From a phage, in sequence record QB031381.1: a stretch of 44,356 nt of DNA. One strand, given 5' to 3'. Positions 34,115 through 42,775 of the stretch are shown piece after piece. The notes beneath the pieces are model-generated. The model searched no databases and was not told the DNA's origin. It was given only the letters and a program-made list of their open reading frames with translations. The position numbers and the translations under genes were made by a program. How positions within the stretch are numbered: position 1 is the stretch's first letter; every line of letters starts with the position of its first letter.

Positions 34115-35201
34115 TCAATATATGGCGGATCGAATGATCCGCCGACACATCTTCACCCAGCGCCTGAGTAATGACCAGGCGCGAAGGGTGTTGGCTATGT
34201 GGGAGAAGTTCCGGCCCACGTTACTGGGTAAGCTGACCGAGTTACTTGATGGCAAAAAGACCATGAGTAACAAGGCACTTACCACACTGTTGACGCAACT
34301 GGACAAGACCGTCAAAACGGAACTGCGCACCGAGTTTAAGGCGTTAGCTGAAAGCCTTCAGGAGTTTGCCGACACGGAGGCTGATTATCTCACCGACACA
34401 TTAACGGCAGCGATCCAGCCGGTGGTCGCTGTACCTGCGGTCGAGGTGGTTGGCGTAGTGACCGGTGCGCAGATCGCAGCGACGGCAATGAAAAACCCGT
34501 TTCAGGGCAATACCCTGATGCAATGGCCCGATTCACTTTCAGAATGGGCCAGAACGCAGATCGGCAATCAGGTGCGCGCCGGATTCATCCAGGGCAAGCC
34601 GACTATGGAAATTATAGCGGACGTGAGGCGCGCGCTCGGCGGTCGTAGTGCGCAAGCTATCTCAAGCGTTGTTAAGTCGGCAGTCAACCACTATGCGGCG
34701 ACCGCCCGCGAACTAATGGTAAAAGCAAATGACGATATTCTCGAAGGTCGCCAATGGTTATCTACATTGGACACGCATACTTCTCCCATGTGCCAGCTAC
34801 GCGATCGCCTGTTTTATCCGGTTGATGTTACTCCCGACACCAAAGGAAAGCGCGGCGGGAAAATGGTGGCTGGGTCACAATATGGCGCTGGTCCGGGAAA
34901 GTTGCATTATTGTTGCCGGTCGACGGAGACGTGGAAGGTTAAAGGCATGGAAGATTGGCCCAGTGGTAAGCGTCCGGCACTGAAGGCTGATGCGGGCCGA
35001 TTGCTGAGTGAGCAGGTCGACGCGCAGACTGATTTCTTCTCATGGGTGCAGCGCCAGCCGCGCCATATCCTGGAAGAATTATACGGGGTGCAACGCGCCG
35101 ACCAGATTATGCGCGGCGTGAAAGTCCCGAAGATGTTCACCGATTCAGGCGAACTAATGACTATTGCGCAGCTTAAAAACCGGGGGTTATGGCGTGATTA
35201 A
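34098..35201 (+). CDS. Head morphogenesis protein (Mu F / SPP1 gp7-like)
   Basis: Signature TLDTHTSPMCQLRDRLF; located after the portal gene. Confidence 0.65.
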   Translation: MAKTINQYMADRMIRRHIFTQRLSNDQARRVLAMWEKFRPTLLGKLTELLDGKKTMSNKALTTLLTQLDKTVKTELRTEFKALAESLQEFADTEADYLTDTLTAAIQPVVAVPAVEVVGVVTGAQIAATAMKNPFQGNTLMQWPDSLSEWARTQIGNQVRAGFIQGKPTMEIIADVRRALGGRSAQAISSVVKSAVNHYAATARELMVKANDDILEGRQWLSTLDTHTSPMCQLRDRLFYPVDVTPDTKGKRGGKMVAGSQYGAGPGKLHYCCRSTETWKVKGMEDWPSGKRPALKADAGRLLSEQVDAQTDFFSWVQRQPRHILEELYGVQRADQIMRGVKVPKMFTDSGELMTIAQLKNRGLWRD

Positions 35202-35523
35202 GTATGCGGCTATTGGACTGGTTATAGGTCTGGCGGTAGGATTCTGGCTTGGTGACTCCTATCGCGCTGGCGTAGTGGCTGAGGCGGCGCAAGAAGCGCA
35301 AGCCGAAGCCCAACGGCAGCAAACTAAAGTAATTGAGCGCTCCGTGCAGGCAGAACAAGCCCGCGACGTGGAATACCGGACTATCACAAAAGAGGTTGTA
35401 AAATATGTTACGCGCCCTAACCGCCCTGATTGTAGTTTTGACGCTGAGCGCGTGCGGATCAAGCAGCGTGCCGTTGATGCCGCTAACGGAGTCGGCACTG
35501 CGACCGCCGTGCAAGTTCGATAA
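35164..35523 (+). CDS. i-spanin (Rz-like)
   Basis: N-terminal TM (IKYAAIGLVIGLAVGFWLG) then a charged coiled-coil region. An o-spanin ORF overlaps it in another frame. Start may be the GTG at 35194. Confidence 0.5.
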   Translation: MRSLKTGGYGVIKYAAIGLVIGLAVGFWLGDSYRAGVVAEAAQEAQAEAQRQQTKVIERSVQAEQARDVEYRTITKEVVKYVTRPNRPDCSFDAERVRIKQRAVDAANGVGTATAVQVR

Positions 35524-35635
35524 CCCGTCTGCGGACCCCGACGAAGATTTGATGATTGACGTTAAAAATATGGAATGTGGGGCGAAGCTGAGGGCGCAGG
35601 TGTTGGAGTTGCAGCAAATAATTAAGGGGCCGTAA
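35405..35635 (+). CDS. o-spanin (Rz1-like outer-membrane lipoprotein)
   Basis: Signal peptide with lipobox LTLSAC, Pro-rich mature part; begins inside the i-spanin gene in a different frame. Confidence 0.55.
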   Translation: MLRALTALIVVLTLSACGSSSVPLMPLTESALRPPCKFDNPSADPDEDLMIDVKNMECGAKLRAQVLELQQIIKGP

Positions 35636-35645
35636 TGGCCCCTTT
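35618..35645. terminator. Terminator hairpin between convergent genes
   Basis: AAGGGGCC-GTAA-TGGCCCCTTTTCGTT between the o-spanin stop and the stop of minus-strand gene 35649..36413. Confidence 0.5.
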
Positions 35646-35648
35646 TCG

Positions 35649-36413
35649 TTAGCGCGGAATACCGCAAATCTCGTTGAGAGTTTTCACGTCCAGCGCCACC
35701 GCCGTGGATTTTTGCTTGTCCTGGTATGGTATGAATTGCTCAACTTCAGGCCATGCCTTAATCAGCTTCTTGTCAGTATTGTGCAGGTCCAGCACACCGG
35801 TAACGGTGAGTTTGAACGCGTCATACTTCGCACGCAACTCGCGACGTGCCTTGTCGTTGCGGTCCATGCGCTTACAGAAGTCATGGTCCGCCGGGTAGTC
35901 TACGCGACCGCGTGGGAGATATATCGGCAGCGCTTTCCCTTCCTCGTCCACTTCGCACACTGACGCGAGCATAACTGTCTCGAACCCCGGAACGATATCG
36001 CCGAGATCAGGCGAGAGCTTATTCATATATTTCTCTTCCCAGTATCCGCGATGTACGCGGTATTGGCGACCGTCGCCGCTCAAGGACAAGGTGCGAACAT
36101 TGCCGCCTGCGTTGATTTCAAAGGTGGCATCGTAAACGCTGCCGATACCCTTCGGGCGGTCGGTGTTATAACTATACGTCGCCTTGTTGGTGTATACGCT
36201 GACGCCGTACATCTGCGACTGGTCATCGCGGATTGCCTTGATATGCTCGCGGAGCGCTGCGAACGTGCGAATGCCTTCCGGCATACAGTCCAGCGTGATT
36301 GCGTACGCCAGATCGCGTGAGTCCATCATGATTTGTTTGGCTTCGGTAGCGATTTCGTGGTCGCGCAGGATGTTAGCTAGGATCTGATTTTTAATGTCTT
36401 TCGTCAGTCTCAT
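35649..36413 (-). CDS. Hypothetical protein (antisense moron gene 1)
   Basis: 254-aa ORF with GAGGA RBS, opposite in orientation to all flanking structural genes; no recognisable motifs. Confidence 0.5.
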   Translation of the reverse strand: MRLTKDIKNQILANILRDHEIATEAKQIMMDSRDLAYAITLDCMPEGIRTFAALREHIKAIRDDQSQMYGVSVYTNKATYSYNTDRPKGIGSVYDATFEINAGGNVRTLSLSGDGRQYRVHRGYWEEKYMNKLSPDLGDIVPGFETVMLASVCEVDEEGKALPIYLPRGRVDYPADHDFCKRMDRNDKARRELRAKYDAFKLTVTGVLDLHNTDKKLIKAWPEVEQFIPYQDKQKSTAVALDVKTLNEICGIPR

Positions 36414-36452
36414 TTTTATGTCCTCATTTTATGGGCTTTCGCCCCGATTGGT

Positions 36453-36767
36453 TTAGTTGAATTTGATGTTACCACCGGTGGAAGTTAAGCGGGCACATAC
36501 AGCTTCAACGGCATCGACGCACATGAAATCGTTAAAGGCTTCGACCAGGGCGTTTATGAAAGATGCCGGAACCAGGCCGCAAGCCGGATTATCGAATGTC
36601 GCGGAGTTGATCGCCGCTTTCGCCGCTTCAGAAGCATTCATGCTCTGGCACAGATTCAGCGCTTCCGCGTTACGCATTGCGTGAAAGGTAAAGGTATTCG
36701 CTACGGTAGCTTTATTGAAACGGGCCATTGCGGCGTCTACTGGAGTTGCTACGGTCATGTTAGTCAT
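36453..36767 (-). CDS. Hypothetical protein (antisense moron gene 2)
   Basis: Internal ATG (MTNMTVATPV) with GAAGGAAG RBS, downstream of a conserved promoter; 104 aa. Confidence 0.45.
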   Translation of the reverse strand: MTNMTVATPVDAAMARFNKATVANTFTFHAMRNAEALNLCQSMNASEAAKAAINSATFDNPACGLVPASFINALVEAFNDFMCVDAVEAVCARLTSTGGNIKFN

Positions 36768-36802
36768 TTTGTCTTCCTTCATATCTCTGTTGGTGTGCAA
36801 CC

Positions 36803-36832
36803 AATATAATGCGACCAACGTCTGCAATGCAA
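36803..36832 (-). promoter_or_regulatory. Sigma70-like promoter (TTGCAT-N18-TATATT) followed by GGTTGCACACCAA
   Basis: Minus-strand sequence TATATTGGTTGCACACCAA is identical to the 19-mer at promoter 26238..26256. Confidence 0.5.
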
Positions 36833-36921
36833 GCGAATTTTGCGATTATTTTTATCGCTGATAATATTAAGGCGTGAAGTCAAGCGGGTGGCCCGCTTTG
36901 CCACAATCCCAGGGGGATAGC

Positions 36922-37626
36922 ATGAAACTTACTAAAGCAGAATATGACGCGTTGCCGGAAGGTATGAAGGGGCTTTTTGTCGCCGATGGTGACGGGTACA
37001 AATCAACGTTCATGACCGCCGAAGAAGTACAGGCGGAGATCAAGGGTCTGAAAGACAACAACGCGAAGCTGGTTAGCGAGAAGAAAGCAGAAGCCGAACG
37101 TCGCGCCGAAGCTGAGCGCCTTGCGAAAGAGAAAGAGGAAGCCGCCGCGCGCAAAAACGGCGACCTCGAAGCGATCGATAAGTCCTGGAAAGATAAGTTT
37201 GCGAAACACGAAGCAGACACATCGGGAAAAATCGAAGCCTACCGCAAGCAGATCCACGACCTAACCATCGGCAGCGCTGCCAAAGATCTGGCGTCGAAGC
37301 TGTTCGGTAAGAATGCCGGAATCATGCAACGCCACGTTATGGACCGCCTCACGCTGGAAGACGGCGAAGACGGCAGCTTAAAAGTGCGTGTCTTGCAGGA
37401 TGGCAAACCGTCCGCGCTGACTATGGAAGAGCTTGAAAAAGAGTTCCGTAATAACCCCGATTTTGCATCTGTCCTGGCGGGCACGCCAGCCGGTGGTGCG
37501 CCTAGCAAACCTACGCAGGTTGTCGAAGATGTGAAGTCTAAAATCACTATGGGCCACAGCTTCGGCATCACTGACCTGACGAAACAGGCGGGTGAAATCA
37601 TCGCTAAGATGGGCGACGACGAGTAA
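36922..37626 (+). CDS. Putative scaffolding protein
   Basis: ATG with AGGGGGA RBS; 234 aa, highly charged coiled-coil; immediately upstream of the major capsid gene. Confidence 0.5.
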   Translation: MKLTKAEYDALPEGMKGLFVADGDGYKSTFMTAEEVQAEIKGLKDNNAKLVSEKKAEAERRAEAERLAKEKEEAAARKNGDLEAIDKSWKDKFAKHEADTSGKIEAYRKQIHDLTIGSAAKDLASKLFGKNAGIMQRHVMDRLTLEDGEDGSLKVRVLQDGKPSALTMEELEKEFRNNPDFASVLAGTPAGGAPSKPTQVVEDVKSKITMGHSFGITDLTKQAGEIIAKMGDDE

Positions 37627-37630
37627 GCAC

Positions 37631-37659
37631 ATTGCCCGCGAAAGCGGGCAATTTTGCGA
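37631..37659 (+). terminator. Intrinsic terminator/attenuator between scaffold and capsid genes
   Basis: TTGCCCGC-GAAA-GCGGGCAA hairpin followed by TTTT. Confidence 0.45.
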
Positions 37660-37723
37660 GCGCGTAAATCTAAGGTAACATTAACGGTACTGGGCGAATG
37701 CTCACAACTCAAAGGATTTCGAT

Positions 37724-38824
37724 ATGTCTTTAACAGTGTTCCAGCGTAAACTCGTCACCGCGGTTACGCAAATGATCCCTGATAACCTGAACGTGTTCAA
37801 CGCTGCCGCTAACGGTGCTGTTGTTCTCGGCACGGGTGAAGTGCTGAAGGACGTTGTAGAAAAAATGTCCGTAGGCTTGATCGCCAACCTCGTTACCGAC
37901 CGTAACGCCTACGCCCCTGTAGGTACTCCGGCGACCGCAAAAGTGCTGGCGCGTATGCTGACCAACTCCGTCAACCTGTCCGCGAAAGTGGGTCCGGTGG
38001 CGATCACTAAGGCCATGATGGCTAAGATCGAAACCAACGTTAACAGCGTTGCGGCTGAGATTGCGGCACAGGCTACTCAAGCGATTATGCTGCATTACCT
38101 CAAAGCTGGTATCGGTGCGGGCAAAGCAGCTATTGAAAGCAACACAGCGGCAAACTACACCCAACCGGCGCGCGTTGACGGCGTTGGCGGTCGTACCTTC
38201 CCAACCCTGGCAGACTTCCCGCTGGCGGCTTCTAAGTTCGGCGATCAGGCGTCTTTGATTAAATCCTGGTTTATGGACGGCGTTACCTGGGCAAACTTCA
38301 TTGCTTACCAGGCGCTCCCTTCCGCCGAGCAGGTATTCGCGATCGGCGATCTGCAAGTGATGGGCGACGGCCTGGGCCGCCGTTTTATTATCTCCGATGC
38401 CGCTGCCGATGCTATGGGCGCTGGCAAAATGCTGGGCCTGGTCCCTGGCGCGGTTGCAGTTACCACCAACGGCCTCGATATGCTGGCGCAGGAAAAAGGC
38501 GGTAACGAGAACATTGAGCGCTGGTGGCAGGGCGAGTTCGACTTCAACGTGGCTGTTAAAGGCTATCGTCTGAAGGCGGACGCTCGTACCCCGATCGAAG
38601 GCGTTCGATCGTTCAAGCTGTCCGATATCACCACTTCCTCTAACTGGGAACTGGACCAGGGCCAGGTAGACAACGCACCGGCAACCGTGCAGGATGTCGG
38701 CGCCGTTGGTGATGGCGATACTAAAGGCCGTCGTAAGACCCAGGCCGCACAGGCAGTGCCTACCCGTCACATCAAGGAAACGGCGGGCGTACTGGTTACG
38801 CTGACTGCGACCACAGCGTCCTAA
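37724..38824 (+). CDS. Major capsid protein
   Basis: 366 aa after the scaffold-like gene and followed by a strong terminator. Confidence 0.75.
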   Translation: MSLTVFQRKLVTAVTQMIPDNLNVFNAAANGAVVLGTGEVLKDVVEKMSVGLIANLVTDRNAYAPVGTPATAKVLARMLTNSVNLSAKVGPVAITKAMMAKIETNVNSVAAEIAAQATQAIMLHYLKAGIGAGKAAIESNTAANYTQPARVDGVGGRTFPTLADFPLAASKFGDQASLIKSWFMDGVTWANFIAYQALPSAEQVFAIGDLQVMGDGLGRRFIISDAAADAMGAGKMLGLVPGAVAVTTNGLDMLAQEKGGNENIERWWQGEFDFNVAVKGYRLKADARTPIEGVRSFKLSDITTSSNWELDQGQVDNAPATVQDVGAVGDGDTKGRRKTQAAQAVPTRHIKETAGVLVTLTATTAS

Positions 38825-38840
38825 CAGGCGCACATCCCAA

Positions 38841-38868
38841 AGGGGCGGGCTTATGCCCGCCTTTTTTA
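38841..38868 (+). terminator. Rho-independent terminator after major capsid gene
   Basis: GGGGCGGGC-TTAT-GCCCGCC hairpin followed by TTTTTT. Confidence 0.6.
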
Positions 38869-38882
38869 TAGGAGTGAATGAA

Positions 38883-39383
38883 ATGTATGGCGACCCACAA
38901 ACCTTTATTGATTATGCCGCCGCGCGAGGCGTTGAAGTCACGCGGATCGATGCAACGCGCCACCTTACCGTCGTTAATGACTTCCTTAACGGCATCAACT
39001 GGATCGGAGATCCAGCGGACCAGACAGGCATCGACGCATGGCCCCGCATCAATTACCCGTCAGACGGTAAGCCGGTGCAAAACACGCTTACTGAAGATTT
39101 GGCAGTAGTTCCAGCGGGGCAAATCGTAGACTTCGCATCAATCCCCGTTGCCGTTGAGCAAGCCGTTTACCGGTTGGCGATGTTGGTGGCGGACGAGGTT
39201 GATATTTCTCCTGTGGGCAGCGGTAAGGAGACTATCCGCGAAACTGTTGGCCCGATCACGATGGAATATGACCCTGCGACGATTGGTAGCGGTGTCTCGT
39301 TCCCGTGGTGGGATGGCTTGCTGGGCCACTGGATTGACCCAGACGGCAACGCAGCGGGTAATTTTGATGTATTCCGGGGGTAA
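38883..39383 (+). CDS. Head-tail adaptor/neck protein (putative)
   Basis: ATG with AGGAG RBS; 166 aa; position after the capsid gene. Confidence 0.4.
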   Translation: MYGDPQTFIDYAAARGVEVTRIDATRHLTVVNDFLNGINWIGDPADQTGIDAWPRINYPSDGKPVQNTLTEDLAVVPAGQIVDFASIPVAVEQAVYRLAMLVADEVDISPVGSGKETIRETVGPITMEYDPATIGSGVSFPWWDGLLGHWIDPDGNAAGNFDVFRG

Positions 39384-39385
39384 TA

Positions 39386-39501
39386 TGAATCCTGCATTAC
39401 TGGCGGCTATTATCGCCGCAAATACTAAACGCCAACCAGAACCGGAACCAGCGCCAGAACCGGAACCACCGGTACAGGGGGATGATAATGGCGGGCTTTA
39501 A
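39386..39501 (+). CDS. Small Pro/Glu-repeat protein
   Basis: 38 aa (MNPALLAAIIAANTKRQPEPEPAPEPEPP...) with GGGGG RBS; below the ORF-track cut-off. Confidence 0.25.
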
Positions 39502-39841
39502 TTACGCGGGGTTAAAGCGGAAAGTCAATCCGCTGATTAAAAAGTTCGGCATGACGGCTACGGTGACGCGTCCAGGCACCGTAGCCCGCGTAGACGGTGA
39601 CGAAGTGGTCATCCCTGCGACCTCGTTTGACGTCATCGGTCTTCGCGAGGAGTACAAGCCTAGCGAGATCGACGGAACGCGTATCGTTGCCGGTGATGTG
39701 AAGTTTTTGTGCCAGGCCGTCAAGCCGGTGAAGGTAGGGGATTTGGTTAGCCTGAACAATACAGACTACAGGGTCATCAATCCAAACCCCCTGCAACCGG
39801 CAGGCACAACCATGCTGTTTCAACTACAGCTAAGGGGCTAA
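39482..39841 (+). CDS. Putative head-tail joining protein
   Basis: 119-aa ORF in the neck gene block. Confidence 0.4.
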   Translation: MIMAGFNYAGLKRKVNPLIKKFGMTATVTRPGTVARVDGDEVVIPATSFDVIGLREEYKPSEIDGTRIVAGDVKFLCQAVKPVKVGDLVSLNNTDYRVINPNPLQPAGTTMLFQLQLRG

Positions 39842-39842
39842 C

Positions 39843-40436
39843 GTGGCTGAAGTCTACTCGTTCGCCGCCACGATTGCTACGTGGGTAGATAAGACGAAGG
39901 AGAACAACGACAAGGCTGTGCGGGCGTATGGGATGCAAATACTCGGACGCCTTATTGAGATCTCCCCGGTGGGCGACCCTCGCCGGTGGAAGATTAACAA
40001 GGCTTATGTAATGGCCCGCCAGCACGCGAACAAGGTGAACGCCGCACAGCGTCGCAAGAATGGTGGCAAACTGAAGCGCGGTCAGAAGAAGCACGCCAGT
40101 GTGCTCGTTTCATTCAAGACTAAAAACGGCAATGTAACATTCCGGCAGCGTGGCTGGGCCGCGAAGAATTACACCGGCGGGCGCTTCCGTGGTAACTGGC
40201 AGGTGACGTTTGATCGCCCGGCTGTCGGCGCTATTGATCGCGTTGACAAGGCCGGAACGGCAACATTAGCCGCGGGGCGTGAAGTGCTGGCGCATTACGA
40301 TTCGAGTGAATACGGGTCGATCTGGTTTACTAACAATGTGCCATACGCGCAGCGACTTGAGTATGGCTGGAGTAAACAAGCGCCCGCGGGGATTGTTCGC
40401 GTCGTAGCGGCAGAAATTAATTCGAAGGTGAAATAA
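39843..40436 (+). CDS. Putative neck/tail completion protein (GTG start)
   Basis: 197-aa ORF starting at GTG, stop overlapping the next start; neck gene position. Confidence 0.45.
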   Translation: MAEVYSFAATIATWVDKTKENNDKAVRAYGMQILGRLIEISPVGDPRRWKINKAYVMARQHANKVNAAQRRKNGGKLKRGQKKHASVLVSFKTKNGNVTFRQRGWAAKNYTGGRFRGNWQVTFDRPAVGAIDRVDKAGTATLAAGREVLAHYDSSEYGSIWFTNNVPYAQRLEYGWSKQAPAGIVRVVAAEINSKVK

Positions 40437-40858
40437 TGAGCAATACCGCAATCCGCAAAGCGCTTAACCGCGTGGTAGAAGAGTTATCGGTAAGCCTGAG
40501 CACTAGCCAGCGCCCGATCCAGGTTAACTGGGAGAACGTGAGCGGCGACCATGCAAACGGCAGCGGTGTCTACCTGGAGCCGTACCTGCTACCGGCCCCG
40601 ACCCAGTTTGTTGGCTTCCAGCAGAAGGGCCGGATCTATGCTGGCGTATATCAGGTTGCCGTAGTGTTTCCCGCGGGCACTGGTACACAGTATGCGAGCG
40701 AACTGGCGGACGCCATCGCGACGTCGGATAAATGGCAGGCCGTAAGGATTTCCGGAGCGGCCTTCCAGCTTCAGGACTCGCCTTATACCAGTTCGGTGGT
40801 CGAGGACGTTGATCGCGCCCGCATCGTGGTTACAGTCCCCTACACCTGTTGCGCCTGA
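40436..40858 (+). CDS. Putative tail terminator/completion protein
   Basis: 140-aa ORF immediately upstream of the major tail gene. Confidence 0.45.
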   Translation: MSNTAIRKALNRVVEELSVSLSTSQRPIQVNWENVSGDHANGSGVYLEPYLLPAPTQFVGFQQKGRIYAGVYQVAVVFPAGTGTQYASELADAIATSDKWQAVRISGAAFQLQDSPYTSSVVEDVDRARIVVTVPYTCCA

Positions 40859-40919
40859 TTTGGCGCAATTCTGCGCGTGCTGTATCATTAAACCGTATAT
40901 CTAAACAGGAGCGTTCATT

Positions 40920-41645
40920 ATGGGTTATCAACTTCCTAACGGGTCCAGCGTGCAGATTGGGTCCGTATTGGGTGCAGGCATCGCAGTTACGGCAGCGACC
41001 AACGCCGCTGCGTCGATCTCCGACCTTACGCAAGGTTGCGTAATTACCTGCGCGGAGTCTCACGGTCTGGTTGTTGGCGACGTTGTTATGTTCACTAAAA
41101 CCCCGTGGGTCCGTGCGCTGAACCGAGCGTTCATCGTTGGTAAAGTATCCGGGAACGACGTGACGCTGGCGCGCTTCGATACTCAAGACGCCACCAAATA
41201 CCCGACCGGTGCTTTCGGCGTAGGCACACCAGGCGAGGTGGTGAAGGTGTCGAACTTTATCGATTTCCCGTTTATCACTAACGTCGCCGTGTCTGGTGGC
41301 GACCAGCAGACCACCACTTTCCAGCCGTTGCAGGTGAATACCGCGATCAGTCTGAACACCACGAAAAACCCGTTGGTCCAGACCTACACTTTCACCCACG
41401 ACGAAGAAGACCCGATCCGCCCGATTCTGGAAGACCTGGACGACACACAGAAAACCACTGTGATTAAGTTCACCAACCCGGCAGCGGCAAGCGGCAAAGG
41501 TGAGATCCGCATTTACCCGGCTAAGGTGTCTTTCCGGAAGATTCCATCTGCTGAAGTAAACAACGTGGAGACGGTGGAGTCCACCCTCACTATGCAGTCC
41601 GATATGGTTATTTACCGTAAGGACTTGGTCGAGGCGCTGTCGTGA
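40920..41645 (+). CDS. Major tail protein
   Basis: 241 aa, upstream of the G/G-T chaperone pair and followed by a terminator hairpin. Confidence 0.6.
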   Translation: MGYQLPNGSSVQIGSVLGAGIAVTAATNAAASISDLTQGCVITCAESHGLVVGDVVMFTKTPWVRALNRAFIVGKVSGNDVTLARFDTQDATKYPTGAFGVGTPGEVVKVSNFIDFPFITNVAVSGGDQQTTTFQPLQVNTAISLNTTKNPLVQTYTFTHDEEDPIRPILEDLDDTQKTTVIKFTNPAAASGKGEIRIYPAKVSFRKIPSAEVNNVETVESTLTMQSDMVIYRKDLVEALS

Positions 41646-41675
41646 TTTGGTCGCTTAAATAGCGGGTGTTAATAT

Positions 41676-41698
41676 GGGGCCAGTACGGCCCCTTTTTT
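41676..41698 (+). terminator. Intrinsic terminator/attenuator after major tail gene
   Basis: GGGGCC-AGTA-CGGCCCC hairpin followed by TTTTTT. Confidence 0.5.
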
Positions 41699-41699
41699 A

Positions 41700-42077
41700 T
41701 TGGAGAATTACATAATGGCTAAATCACCACTCTTCACACTTGACCCTAAACCGACCTTTAAGCTGCCGATTGAGATCCCGCGCCCTGGTGAGAACGAACC
41801 GGGCAAAATGACGTTTACCGTGCGCCACCGCCCTATCGACGAATTTTCGCAGACCATGCAGGACACTGAGCGCAAATTGTCGGAGTATGACGACAATGAC
41901 CCGGAAGGATTTAACGTTATGGTCGAGGCCATCATGCACGTCGCTGAAGGCTGGAATTTGCCGGACGAATTTAATGCTGCCAACGTCCGCCGCCTGGTAG
42001 TCAACTACCCGCGCGCGTTCGGCGTGTTCCATACGTCGTACTACCTCGAATTGATGGGGTTGCGTGAAAAAAACTAA
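41700..42077 (+). CDS. Tail assembly chaperone G
   Basis: 125 aa ending at a slippery A AAA AAC heptamer immediately before the stop. Confidence 0.6.
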   Translation: MENYIMAKSPLFTLDPKPTFKLPIEIPRPGENEPGKMTFTVRHRPIDEFSQTMQDTERKLSEYDDNDPEGFNVMVEAIMHVAEGWNLPDEFNAANVRRLVVNYPRAFGVFHTSYYLELMGLREKN

Positions 42078-42391
42078 TTGAGGCGGCGCGGCGCTTTTAT
42101 GGCCCGCCGCCACCCTCCGAAGATTTAGCCGCGAGTTTATGGGGTGCGACACCTGAAGACGTGTGTCCACCTGTTGCGCTGTGGCCCGACAACGCTAAGG
42201 TAGTCGCAGTCTTCACAGATTGCTCCACGCAATGGCGTACCGGATTTGGCGGGGCATACGGCATAGACTACGGCGTACTGGAATGGTTATTTAAGATGCA
42301 CGGCATCGAAAACGCGCAACGTGCGTTTAAAGATATCAAGCTAATGGAACGCGTTGCGCTGGATGAAATGGCGCGGCAGAACCCCGCATAA
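41700..42391 (+). CDS. Tail assembly chaperone G-T fusion via programmed -1 ribosomal frameshift
   Basis: Slippery heptamer A_AAA_AAC at 42068..42074. The -1 frame is open from 42068 through 42391 with no stop and contains ORF 42161..42391. Confidence 0.55.
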
Positions 42392-42395
42392 CGAA

Positions 42396-42653
42396 GCGGG
42401 ACAGGCGGGACGTCCCGTTTTGTCCCGCCACCATTAAACCGCATATATACTCACTTTCATTGCATAAACTAAAAGCGGGACAGGGGTGCTGTCCCAATCT
42501 GTCCCGCCCCTTAAAAGTGAATAGCTATTCTGTTTTCCTGCATAAAACAAACGGGACAGAAAGCGGGACAGAATGAGGCGGGACAAAGCGGGACAGCACC
42601 CCTGTCCCCGTCAGTGCTGCCGCGGGTTTTAGCCGATCGGGACAGGCGGGACA
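42396..42653. repeat. Iteron array: about 12 (G)CGGGACA repeats in both orientations, with GGGACAG-N6-CTGTCCC dyads
   Basis: Copies at 42396, 42405, 42421 (rc), 42475, 42500 (rc), 42552, 42563, 42578, 42588, 42638 and 42646; dyads at 42477..42495 and 42589..42607. Confidence 0.8.
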
Positions 42654-42658
42654 AATCC

Positions 42659-42707
42659 CAGTCTTTCAGACTAGACGGGGGTCAATGGCCCCCCTCGTCT
42701 GAGACTG
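42659..42707. repeat. 49-bp GC-rich imperfect palindrome (copy B)
   Basis: cagtctttcagactagacgggggtcaatggcccccctcgtctgagactg; one substitution relative to copy A. Confidence 0.8.
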
Positions 42708-42775
42708 AATAAGGTTTGTTTTAAATTCGCTGATACAATGATCGACGGCAACTGCATAAAAAGGGGGACTGCATA

